Source: Verrucomicrobiales bacterium (GTDB lineage: Bacteria > Verrucomicrobiota > Verrucomicrobiia > Verrucomicrobiales > SLCJ01). Taken from it: a DNA stretch of 40,562 nucleotides. Positions 19,716 to 28,573 of this stretch are shown here, one piece after another. The translations under genes were made by a program, and so were the position numbers. Position 1 is the first letter of the stretch. The number at the start of each line of letters is the position of its first letter. Where the stretch lies: NCBI GenBank assembly GCA_024636835.1, contig JAGXGH010000005.1, positions 1 through 40,562 of the forward strand, in the 5' to 3' direction. The notes under the pieces were generated by a model that saw nothing but the letters and a program-made list of their open reading frames with translations, had not been told where the DNA came from and did no database searches.

Positions 19716-19883
19716 TTGGTAATGATCTGACGTGTCGCGTAGAACCGCTGCGCGGCACGCGATTGACAAGTGGGCGTGAAGTTGGTTGATTGAGAACGAC
19801 TTGTGCGCGGAGAAAAGTCATCTTTTTATTCGAAACCGGTATTAGAGGTTTAGTTTCTCGACGGAGGCTGCTTTGGTCTGGGT

Positions 19884-20597
19884 ATGTCGCAGATTCAAAA
19901 ACAACCGATCATCGTTCTGGTTCACACCCAAATGGGTGAGAATATAGGGATGAGCGCGCGGGCGATGTTGAACTGCGGTCTCGACCGTCTGCGCTTGGTG
20001 AAGCCGAGGGATGGATGGCCGAACGAACGAGCGGTGGCGACTTCTGCGGATGCCGACCGGGTGATTGAGGGTGTGGAGTGTTTCGCTACGGTGGCGGAGG
20101 CAGTGGCGGATTGCTCACGGGTTTTTGCGACGACGGCCCGTAACAGGGCGAGGCAGATACCCGCCGTGGAAGTAGCGGAGGCGATCACGGAGATCAACGA
20201 AGAGGAGGGCGAATGCGCGATTCTTTTTGGTCCTGAGGCCTCGGGTTTGGACAACGAGTCACTCTCATATGCGGATAGATTATTGGATCTGCCGGTCAAC
20301 CCGGAGTTCAGCTCGCTGAATTTGGCGCAGGCGGTTTTGCTCGTGGGATGGGAATGGCGGCGCGGATCTACTGTGGTTCCCCGCGAGATGGAGGCGGCGG
20401 CGTCGAAAGGGGATTTGGCAAGCTTCCTCCACAGGCTGGAAGCCGAGTTGGAGAAGGGGCGGTTTTTCCCATCGGAGGAACAACGGCCCGAGACAGTGCG
20501 CAACTTGCGCGCCCTTTTTGGTCGGGCGACGCCAACAGACCGCGAGCTGCGGATGTTGCACGGAGTAGTGACCGCGTTAACGGCGAGTGAGGGGTAA
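19884..20597 (+). CDS. trmJ: SpoU/TrmH-class RNA 2'-O-methyltransferase, TrmJ-like
   Basis: 'IIVLVHTQMGENIGMSARAMLNCGLDRLRLVKP' and 'AILFGPEASGLDNE' are SPOUT-fold motifs. 237 aa. Confidence 0.75.
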   Translation: MSQIQKQPIIVLVHTQMGENIGMSARAMLNCGLDRLRLVKPRDGWPNERAVATSADADRVIEGVECFATVAEAVADCSRVFATTARNRARQIPAVEVAEAITEINEEEGECAILFGPEASGLDNESLSYADRLLDLPVNPEFSSLNLAQAVLLVGWEWRRGSTVVPREMEAAASKGDLASFLHRLEAELEKGRFFPSEEQRPETVRNLRALFGRATPTDRELRMLHGVVTALTASEG

Positions 20598-20618
20598 TAC
20601 CTTGGTTGGAAAAGCGGG

Positions 20619-21776
20619 CTAACTACGCTCAATTCGTCGGGATTGTCGAAAGGCGCCTGGTGATAGATCCAACTCGCGGCGGAAAACTTCGGTTAGGCGT
20701 TGGGGCTCGGTGAATCCACATTTGATCGCGATCTCTGCGACTGGCAGATCCGTCTCGGTTAGTAGTTCCTTTGCCCGCTCGAGTCGTACGCGCAGGATTT
20801 CCTTTTGCAGTGTGCGCCCAGTGGCGTTTTTAAATCTGATTTCGAGCGGACGCCGTGACAGAGGTATTGCAGCAAGGACATCGCCGACCTGGATCGGCTC
20901 GTCCGCATGGTCGCGAATGAAACGAATGGCCTGTCGTATCAGCTTGTCGTCGGTGGCGATCATATCGCTTGAACGACGGACCTGTAATTGGGACGGGGCT
21001 ATCGGTGCGTGGGTATTGATGGCTTGTTTGGCCATCAAACGATCGAGCAGGGATGCCGCTTCGTAGCCCACGCGCTCGCCTGGCAGCACGACACTGGACA
21101 GGGCAGGGTCGCTGAAAGGGCAGAGCACGTTGTCCCCGCCAATGCTAATGACCGCAGCCTCTTCGGGGACGGTGATTTCGGCCGTGCGTAAAGCGTTGAG
21201 CACATCGAGCCCCGTATTGTCGGCCGCGGCAATCACACCGAAAGGAGGATCAAGTGACCGCAACCAATTGGTGGCCCGTTTCATGATGGTTGCGTCCTTG
21301 CCTTTTTGATGGCCTCGGGGTTCGAGATCGAAACACGAGAAATCGAGTGCGTGCTGCGTAACCGCTTCGCGAGCCCCCTCAAGCCGCGCGGCCACATACG
21401 GGGCATGAAAGTCCGCGCCGACGAAGGCGATGTGCTTCAGCCCGCATTCGATAAGGTGCTCGACGGCCAATCGTCCCGCCATCCGGTCATCCCAATCGAT
21501 GCGTGGTAGATTCTCATTCTGAAAATGGGGACCCACACAGACCACTGGCATCTTCAGTCGGAGCAGGAAGTCCATTTCCCTGCGCAAGGACGGAAAGGCG
21601 ATCACCCCATCGATTTTCAGGTTGCGCGGTAATGTCCAGTCGTCTAGGTCGGCCCACGGAATCAACGTTTGCCAGCGGTGATTTTGCCGGGCGTAGCGCC
21701 CAACCCCATGGATGATCTGCCGACGAGCGGTGTGGTCAACCTGGGTGAAGATCAGGGTTCGTAGGCGGGATCGCAT
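20619..21776 (-). CDS. XylR-like AraC-family transcriptional regulator: a periplasmic-binding-protein-like sensor domain plus a C-terminal AraC HTH. The ATG at 21776 is chosen over the track start at 21932.
   Basis: The C-terminal 'IAIKCGFTEPQRLTEVFRRELDLSPGAFR' is an AraC HTH. The N-terminal region is LacI/PBP-like. It is divergent from a carbohydrate-active gene cluster. Confidence 0.8.
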   Translation of the reverse strand: MRSRLRTLIFTQVDHTARRQIIHGVGRYARQNHRWQTLIPWADLDDWTLPRNLKIDGVIAFPSLRREMDFLLRLKMPVVCVGPHFQNENLPRIDWDDRMAGRLAVEHLIECGLKHIAFVGADFHAPYVAARLEGAREAVTQHALDFSCFDLEPRGHQKGKDATIMKRATNWLRSLDPPFGVIAAADNTGLDVLNALRTAEITVPEEAAVISIGGDNVLCPFSDPALSSVVLPGERVGYEAASLLDRLMAKQAINTHAPIAPSQLQVRRSSDMIATDDKLIRQAIRFIRDHADEPIQVGDVLAAIPLSRRPLEIRFKNATGRTLQKEILRVRLERAKELLTETDLPVAEIAIKCGFTEPQRLTEVFRRELDLSPGAFRQSRRIERS

Positions 21777-21947
21777 CTTCGTAGGATGCCAAAACATCCG
21801 TAAAATATCAACGCAAAAGAGTAAGTGAAAGACGCTGCCGCGTATTGCCTTGGTCGCGTAGGATCGATATATTCCTGAACAAGGATTGAGTATCAGCCAT
21901 GAGATTTGTCCTTCCTGAAATCGAACTAGCACTTACTCAAAACCATT

Positions 21948-22760
21948 ATGAAACCTAATCAAACAACAATCGCCCGCCCGCGCACCGAGCTTTTCGCTAC
22001 GATTGCCTTGCTCGGAATCATTTGCCTCAGCACGGCGACAGCCGCGACCACCATCGTTTCCGAAAGTTTCGGTGGCACCGGTGCCGACCTCAATGGTACC
22101 ACCGCTGAGATCTTCGCCAGCGGGATCACGACCGCCGGTGGATCGAGCACTTGGTCGGCAAGTACCTCATTCAACGACGATGGTTCCCTCGTTAGTGGCA
22201 ACAATCAGGGTGCCTATCTCAACATGGGTACCTACATCAACGACACCAAGGGAACCGCCAGTGGCCTGTTGACCTTTTCCGTCATCATCAATTCATTACC
22301 AGACAGCGCTTGGGCAGGCTTCGGCTTTTTCGTGGGCAACACCCCGAGTATTAACGAAAATTTCACCAATGCCCTTGCCTCTGGATCGGGAACGATCATC
22401 TGGCGTAACACGGACAGCGAATTGGACGGTTTCGCAGGCCCGGGTTCTAGTAATGGGGTGGACGGACCAAATGGCGTAACTGCTGTCCCCCAACTCCTCA
22501 CCATTGTCCTCGATCTGACGACGCACGATAACACTTCGGATTTTGGCACGGTTTCGTTCTTTCAAGGTGATGGCACGGGTACCGCATTCGGCTCTCACGC
22601 CTATACCTCGGATATCTCGTTCGGCTCAATTGGCCTGAGCACCGCTGGAAATAACGTGAATTCCTCCTATTCGAGCTTCGAGTTGTCGCAGGTGCCCGAG
22701 CCTTCGGCTGCGCTGCTGAGCGGCTTCGGTGCGATCCTGCTGCTGCGTCGCCGGCGTTGA
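21948..22760 (+). CDS. PEP-CTERM sorting-domain surface protein, Thr/Ser/Gly/Asn-rich (paralog 1)
   Basis: Signal peptide, and a C-terminal 'VPEPSAALLSGFGAILLLRRRR', which is the PEP-CTERM motif plus a TM segment plus an Arg cluster. Confidence 0.85.
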   Translation: MKPNQTTIARPRTELFATIALLGIICLSTATAATTIVSESFGGTGADLNGTTAEIFASGITTAGGSSTWSASTSFNDDGSLVSGNNQGAYLNMGTYINDTKGTASGLLTFSVIINSLPDSAWAGFGFFVGNTPSINENFTNALASGSGTIIWRNTDSELDGFAGPGSSNGVDGPNGVTAVPQLLTIVLDLTTHDNTSDFGTVSFFQGDGTGTAFGSHAYTSDISFGSIGLSTAGNNVNSSYSSFELSQVPEPSAALLSGFGAILLLRRRR

Positions 22761-22788
22761 TTCACGCTACAAAAACACTCATCTCATC

Positions 22789-22819
22789 AAGCCGCCATGG
22801 CCATCGGCCATGGCGGCTT
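22789..22819 (+). promoter_or_regulatory. Perfect 12-14 bp stem hairpin AAGCCGCCATGGCC-atc-GGCCATGGCGGCTT between the PEP-CTERM gene and the hydrolase gene. It is an attenuator or partial-terminator candidate.
   Basis: Direct read. It starts 29 nt after the stop at 22758-60 and is followed by the T-rich 'tatgtttgcttc'. It overlaps the false N-terminal extension of ORF 22797. Confidence 0.5.
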
Positions 22820-22832
22820 ATGTTTGCTTCCC

Positions 22833-25367
22833 ATGTCCCTGAAACACTTCCTCATTGTCTCCCTGGCTGGTTCGATCGCCTGCTCGTCGCCGATGTGGGC
22901 CGACACATTGGTGCTGACTCCTACAGACGACAGCTACATCCGCGCCAGCCAAAGCAATCAGGGCGAAAACACCCTGGTGATCATTGGAGATACGGCAACC
23001 GCCAATGACTACCTGCGGGGTGCGTTTGCCTTTGACCTCAGCGGCTCGGTGCTCACCGGTGCCACCATCAGCAGCGTCACGCTTACACTGACCATCGATA
23101 CCCGCGATACCAGCAACGGCGGTAGCAGCAGTGCGGTCAACACTATTGATTTGCATGAACTCTCGGCCTCTTTCACCAATAACGGTATCACCTGGACCAG
23201 TCGCGACGGCAGTAATCCATGGTCCACAGCTGGCGGGGATTTCGGCGGTGTGCTGACAAGCCTTATTTCGAATGCAGGCAGTGTGAACACTGGCGACAAA
23301 CTGAATTTTTCGAGCACGGCTCTGATGGCCGCAGCAGAGGCGGCGCGGGGTGGCACGCTCCCCCTGCTCGGCAAACTGCAAAATGAAGATGCAAACCGTA
23401 GTGTGTTCCGAATCGCCTCGGCAAACCATTCGAATCCCAGCTACCGCCCCGTCCTCACCATTGAATACCAAGCCTTCGTCAGCGACCCCAACCTGAGTCA
23501 GGACATCCTCTCCGGCGACCCGGATCTTCAATTCGGCACAATCACCGGCGACCCGCCGGCATCCGCCACCCGGACGCTGCGCTTCGTCAACGAAGGGCCC
23601 AATAACCCGATTACGATCGAATCGGCTCAGATCACCGGCAGCGGCGTTTTCACCATCAATGACCTTGCTTTGAATGACGGCGGGGGGCAGACCTTACCGC
23701 TCACGCTTCAAGTCGGGGATGCCCTCGCTCTGAAAGTTGCGGCTAGTTCAAGTGACTATCTGCCTCTGGCCGAAGCCACACTCATTCTCGATACCAATGA
23801 TAACCTCCAGGATCGTGAGTTTGCTCTCAGTGTCTCGTTCCCTGAGCCGGGCAGTGCGATGGCCCATCCTGCGATCCCGGGCACCCCGGCAAGTAGCGCC
23901 TATCAGGTGCGCGTCGACGGAGTGCCTGTGGCTGTCAACGATGAGAGCTACTTTGATTTTCACACCGCCTTCTTTTCCATTGAGGAGCCTGCAATGGTGG
24001 AGGTCGAGTTTTCTCCGGGGGTCTCCTACACATCGATCCACCCCTTGCGCCACGGGATTCAACCCACGATCAACGGCAACACCATCAGCTTCCCGATGCT
24101 GGAGCCGCACAAGCTGGTGATCAAAGCCAGCGGAGCCTTGCCACTCGCTCTTTGTGCGACACCGAACGAGGAGAATATCCCCGCATCCGGTGATCCGGAC
24201 GTGCTCTACTTCGGGCCGGGCACTCACGAACCCGGTTTGATCGAACCGGTGTCGGGGCAGACGGTTTATCTTGCGTCCGGAGCCTTGGTCAAAGGCCGGA
24301 TCGAGGTGCGCGATGCCACCGGTGTCACCATCCGGGGTCGCGGCACTTTGGATGCCCGTGGCTACTCGGTGCGCGGCGACAAGACCCACGCGATCCTTTT
24401 CGAAGGCTGCAACGACGTCCATATCGAGGGTATCGGAATTCGCGGTGGCACATGGTGGCAGACGCTCTTTCTTCTTACTAACGACGCTTCGGCCATTCAC
24501 CTCAGTTTGTTTGGGGTTAGCGTCAACACTGATGGCATCGATATCGACGGCGTGCAGCGTTTCGTGGCCCGCGACTGCTTCATCCGCTGCGAGGACGACG
24601 GCTTCGGTTGGCATGTGCTGGATGCGGAAACAAACGGCGAACCGCCAACCCGGGACTGCCTGGCCGAGGACTGTGTGATATGGAACACCCGATATGGCAA
24701 CGGGCTGCGGGTCGGTGCCTCCATGGAAACCGAACTCTTCGAGAACATCACCTTCCGCGACATCGATGTTCTCGAACATGCGGGGGCCGCCATTTATGCC
24801 GACCACTCCGACTGGGCGACCTGCCGCAATATCCGCTTCGAAAACTTCACCGATGAGACCACGAAGCAGACGGTGAACATGTATATCGACAAGACGCGTT
24901 ACAGCAACGCGACCGGCTACCGCGATGAACGGGGCCACTATGATGGTTTGCATTTCGTCAATCTGAACTCGCCCGGGGGCGGCATCCGCTTGGCAGGCTA
25001 CGATGCCGGGCACCTGATCGACCAGGTAAGCTTCACCAACAGCAAAACCGGCTCCTCATGGATCGATGGACCCGAGGACATCACCACCAACGCGTTCGTG
25101 ACCAATGTCACCTTCTCGGTGGACCCACCCGTCTTCGAGGCCAGAGCAATCAAGCTCTCCCCGAGCGTTGCCGGTTGGATCCAGCTGGGTTTTTCTTCGA
25201 TCCGAGATGAGGCATATTCCATTCTCGCCTCCGATGACCTCGGAATTACGGATCCATTCTCGGTGATTGGAAACACGACAGGGAATGGCGATGCCACATC
25301 CATTCTCCTCTACGACTCTGGCGCAGCAGGTAAACAACGTCGCTTTTACCGGATTCGTAAAGATTGA
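22833..25367 (+). CDS. Secreted right-handed parallel beta-helix (pectin-lyase fold) glycoside hydrolase, GH28-like. It has an N-terminal extra domain of about 380 aa.
   Basis: Signal peptide 'MSLKHFLIVSLAGSIACSSPMWA'. 'GVSVNTDGIDIDGV', 'CEDDGFGWH', and 'NGLRVGASMETELFENITFRDIDV' are typical of GH28 and related beta-helix hydrolases. It is a paralog of 26709..28511. Confidence 0.7.
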   Translation: MSLKHFLIVSLAGSIACSSPMWADTLVLTPTDDSYIRASQSNQGENTLVIIGDTATANDYLRGAFAFDLSGSVLTGATISSVTLTLTIDTRDTSNGGSSSAVNTIDLHELSASFTNNGITWTSRDGSNPWSTAGGDFGGVLTSLISNAGSVNTGDKLNFSSTALMAAAEAARGGTLPLLGKLQNEDANRSVFRIASANHSNPSYRPVLTIEYQAFVSDPNLSQDILSGDPDLQFGTITGDPPASATRTLRFVNEGPNNPITIESAQITGSGVFTINDLALNDGGGQTLPLTLQVGDALALKVAASSSDYLPLAEATLILDTNDNLQDREFALSVSFPEPGSAMAHPAIPGTPASSAYQVRVDGVPVAVNDESYFDFHTAFFSIEEPAMVEVEFSPGVSYTSIHPLRHGIQPTINGNTISFPMLEPHKLVIKASGALPLALCATPNEENIPASGDPDVLYFGPGTHEPGLIEPVSGQTVYLASGALVKGRIEVRDATGVTIRGRGTLDARGYSVRGDKTHAILFEGCNDVHIEGIGIRGGTWWQTLFLLTNDASAIHLSLFGVSVNTDGIDIDGVQRFVARDCFIRCEDDGFGWHVLDAETNGEPPTRDCLAEDCVIWNTRYGNGLRVGASMETELFENITFRDIDVLEHAGAAIYADHSDWATCRNIRFENFTDETTKQTVNMYIDKTRYSNATGYRDERGHYDGLHFVNLNSPGGGIRLAGYDAGHLIDQVSFTNSKTGSSWIDGPEDITTNAFVTNVTFSVDPPVFEARAIKLSPSVAGWIQLGFSSIRDEAYSILASDDLGITDPFSVIGNTTGNGDATSILLYDSGAAGKQRRFYRIRKD

Positions 25368-25543
25368 TGCACGGTCTGTCGTCGCGCCGAGTGCTCTGCT
25401 TTTTACCAATCACGGTGTGAAAAGGTCGCCTCATATCCGGAAATCACCCGATCGACGCTTAGAGCGAAGAATAAAACGTCCAGACGTATTGTCGCGCGAT
25501 ATTATTTCCGCTAAAGTCCTCATATCCGTCAAGAAACAGAGCC

Positions 25544-26377
25544 ATGAAAGTCACCTCCAAATCCAACATCACCATCCTCGCAGCGGCCCTAGCCATCGCC
25601 AGTCACGCTTCCGCAACGACCATCTTCACCGACACTTTCGATTCGGGAACGGGCGCGTGGTACAAAGCTTACAACAACGGCACCGACACCGCGCTCACTA
25701 ATTCCTCAGGTTCGCTTTCGTGGAGCGTGGGAGCCAATGGAGGAGACGCCTACGGGGTGATCGGGCGTTCGTTCAGCGGGCAGACGCTAGCAGTCGGGGA
25801 CAGCATCCTCTTCAGCTTCGACTTCACCCCGACGAGCGATACCGGCATCGTGCGGGTCGGACTGCACGATCTCTCCGGTGGGGCCGCCGCGTCGGCGGAC
25901 GATTGGGCCAATACCGCCACGGGAGCCTATGCCGGATATGCCACCTTTTTCCGAAGCACCGGAAGTAACGCTACGCGAGTCGAGGACGGCCCCATGACAA
26001 CCACAGCCAACACGGCCTATCCGCTTTACATGGGATCAAATGGCGGTGCGAGCAACTCGACCATCACCACGTCCGGCGGCTCCACTGATTATCCATTCGT
26101 CAACAACTCTACGTATCAGGTTTCCTTCGAAATCACCCGCACGTCGGCCTCGCAAGTGGACACCCTGCTCACCGTTCTGGACGGTGCGACGACGGCCTAC
26201 TCGGTCGTCGGTAGCCAAACCAGCGGAACCACCTACGATGCCTTTAACACCGCTGCGGTGCGGATCAGTGACGGCACCGCCCTGTTCGACAACGTTCAGG
26301 TTGAGGTGATCCCCGAACCATCCGCAGCGTTGCTCGGCGGCCTCGGCATGCTGCTCATGCTCCGCCGTCGGCGTTGA
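25544..26377 (+). CDS. PEP-CTERM sorting-domain surface protein (paralog 2)
   Basis: Signal peptide, and a C-terminal 'IPEPSAALLGGLGMLLMLRRRR'. After the signal peptide the mature N-terminus, 'ATTIFTDTF', is similar to paralog 1, 'ATTIVSESF'. Confidence 0.85.
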   Translation: MKVTSKSNITILAAALAIASHASATTIFTDTFDSGTGAWYKAYNNGTDTALTNSSGSLSWSVGANGGDAYGVIGRSFSGQTLAVGDSILFSFDFTPTSDTGIVRVGLHDLSGGAAASADDWANTATGAYAGYATFFRSTGSNATRVEDGPMTTTANTAYPLYMGSNGGASNSTITTSGGSTDYPFVNNSTYQVSFEITRTSASQVDTLLTVLDGATTAYSVVGSQTSGTTYDAFNTAAVRISDGTALFDNVQVEVIPEPSAALLGGLGMLLMLRRRR

Positions 26378-26410
26378 GTTTTTCGGGAAAGGATCTACTT
26401 TTCAGATCAA

Positions 26411-26443
26411 CGCCGCTGTGGCTCCGGCTCCGGCGGCGTTTTT
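26411..26443 (+). terminator. Rho-independent terminator after PEP-CTERM gene 2
   Basis: CGCCGC...GCGGCG stem, followed by TTTTT at 26439-26443. Confidence 0.6.
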
Positions 26444-26708
26444 CGTCTGGCAGAAATCGGTTGATCGCTCCGGTGATGTTCAAAGAACCAATAATACCGG
26501 AACCCGGTAAGGTTGATACGCGAAGTGGGCTGGGAACGGTGATTCTGTCCATGAATGCCCGCGACGAACGATCTAAAGGGTATTAGAATTTGGTATAAAT
26601 GATTTTATTTTCTTTCGCTCGTTCTCTTCGCTACCACTGGGATCAAAAGGTTGGATCGATGAGGATGATGCGATACCGCGAGCAACCCAACAAACAACAA
26701 GCTAGGCA

Positions 26709-28511
26709 ATGACGATGAAGAGTTTAATGCTGTTACTGTTTTCGGTGGTCCTAACGCATGCAGGTCTGGTGCGTCCCATGCCTCTGCTGCCCGGAGACAA
26801 GCGGAGCCCCGACTATGAACTGTTGGTGGATGGCAAACCGGTGCCCGTGGCCTTTGGCGAATTCAATGGCGGGAAGAGCTTCCACCACGCGAGTTTCGAA
26901 ATGGAAGGCGATACCAAAGTAACGGTTCGTTTTCCGAATGGTCTGCCCGATTCCGTCGAAATTGTTCCTTCGCGTCACCAGCTTCCCGTCCAGCGTGAAA
27001 GCTCGTCGGTGAGCTTCGACATCGATCAAGCGCACAAGCTCGTCCTGAAAGCGGAGGGTTTGCGTCCGCTTTTTCTCTTCGCGCTGCCGCCGGAGCTTGA
27101 TCCCCCGAAGCCCGATGACCCCAAAGTGCATTATTTTCCGGCGGGCGTTCACAAGGTCGGCGAATTTCGCCCCAAGTCCGGTGAGACCGTCTATCTGGCA
27201 CCGGGTGCGGTGGTGAAAGGGATCCTCCATGCCTTCGAGATCGAGGGCCTGGTGATTCGCGGACGGGGTCTGTGGGATGCCCGCGGCTATACCAGCAAAG
27301 CCAAAAAACTCCACGGAATGCTTTTCGAGCGTTCCAAAAATATCGCTATCGAAGGCATCCAACTCCGCACCGGCGACTGGTGGCAGACGAACTTCCTGCT
27401 CTCCTCAAACATCGAAATCGAGCACATGATGCTGATGAGTTTCGGAGTGAACAACGATGGTATCGATATCGACGGGGTGAGCGACTTGTCCGTCCGCCAT
27501 TCGTTCATCGGCTGCGGCGATGATGGCTTCGGCTGGCATGCGATCGATGCGGTGACCCTCGGTGAGCCACCCTCAAGAAACCTTTTGGCCGAGGATTGTG
27601 TGATCTGGAATGAACATGCCGGCAACGGCCTAAGGCTCGGTGCCTCAATGGAGACCTCGGTCTTTGAAAACATCACCTTCCGCGACATCGATGTCGTTAA
27701 CGTCTGCCGACGGGGTGTCGCCATCATGATGGATCACTCCGACTGGGCCCACACGCGCAATGTCCTCTTCGAGCGTTTCCACAACGAATCGGGTAAACCG
27801 CTGATGTCGCTCTCAACCAAGAAAACCCGCTACTCGAACAAAACGGGCTACCGCGATGAACGCGGTGAGATCAGCGACCTCTACTTTCACCAGGTTACTT
27901 CAAAGAACCCGGGAGTGACGCTGGTGGGTGCGGATGCCGAGCACGGCATTCACGACCTCTGGTTTGTCGATTGCACGCTGGGTGGCAAACTCCTGACATC
28001 TACCAAGGGCTTCAAGATGAATGAGCACGTCTCCGGACTGCGTTTCTCGGACACCATGCCGGAGCGCAAGGTATATCCTGACGAGCCAAAGAAAGGCAGA
28101 CAACTGGCGGAGCTTACGATTGACAATGGCGACCCCGGCTTTTGGGCTTTTGGCGGGGAGAGTCTTCGCGTGATCGATGGTATTGCCGATGCCGAGGGGG
28201 AGAACCTCGTCCGGATCGGAAAACTCGGGTGGGGGCACGCCGCCGTTTATACCCCCGACCTGAAGGGTCGTTATGAAATCCTTATCCACTGGGTGCCACA
28301 GCCCAAACTCTCCAGCAAGACACCTTGGACGGTGCATCACGCAGACGGCTATGAAACTACGGTCTTTGGTCCCGGTGCCGAGCCGGGCTGGCAAAGCCTG
28401 GGTGTTTTTGAACTCAATGCCACAAGCTGGGTGCGTCTGGTCGATCCGCACTATCAGATCACCGATGGGGCGGTGATCGCGGACGCTGTCCGTTTTGTGC
28501 GTGTCAAATAG
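26709..28511 (+). CDS. Secreted right-handed beta-helix glycoside hydrolase (paralog of 22833..25367) with a distinct C-terminal domain of about 150 aa
   Basis: Signal peptide. The blocks 'LVLKAEGLRPLFLF', 'VYLAPGAVVKG', 'IRGRGLWDARGY', 'GDWWQTNFLL', 'NNDGIDIDGV', 'GCGDDGFGWH', and 'TRYSNKTGYRDERG' are shared with the 856-aa paralog. Confidence 0.7.
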   Translation: MTMKSLMLLLFSVVLTHAGLVRPMPLLPGDKRSPDYELLVDGKPVPVAFGEFNGGKSFHHASFEMEGDTKVTVRFPNGLPDSVEIVPSRHQLPVQRESSSVSFDIDQAHKLVLKAEGLRPLFLFALPPELDPPKPDDPKVHYFPAGVHKVGEFRPKSGETVYLAPGAVVKGILHAFEIEGLVIRGRGLWDARGYTSKAKKLHGMLFERSKNIAIEGIQLRTGDWWQTNFLLSSNIEIEHMMLMSFGVNNDGIDIDGVSDLSVRHSFIGCGDDGFGWHAIDAVTLGEPPSRNLLAEDCVIWNEHAGNGLRLGASMETSVFENITFRDIDVVNVCRRGVAIMMDHSDWAHTRNVLFERFHNESGKPLMSLSTKKTRYSNKTGYRDERGEISDLYFHQVTSKNPGVTLVGADAEHGIHDLWFVDCTLGGKLLTSTKGFKMNEHVSGLRFSDTMPERKVYPDEPKKGRQLAELTIDNGDPGFWAFGGESLRVIDGIADAEGENLVRIGKLGWGHAAVYTPDLKGRYEILIHWVPQPKLSSKTPWTVHHADGYETTVFGPGAEPGWQSLGVFELNATSWVRLVDPHYQITDGAVIADAVRFVRVK

Positions 28512-28573
28512 CGCGCTGCCACCAAGATTCCTTGATCGATCGATAAACCCTATCAGCCAATCCGATAGTCCTC

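Noticed and set aside
19530-19880. Large intergenic region as a tmRNA, RNase P RNA, SRP RNA, or tRNA
   Set aside because: No GGTTCGAATCC-type T-loop, no tmRNA 5' GGGG...TTCGAC or 3' CCA-proximal motifs, and no SRP or RNase P conserved blocks were found by eye. An Infernal scan is still needed.
22797-22832. Twelve-codon N-terminal extension of hydrolase 1 (MAIGHGGLCLLP)
   Set aside because: It is encoded by the palindromic hairpin itself. The signal peptide starts cleanly at the ATG at 22833.
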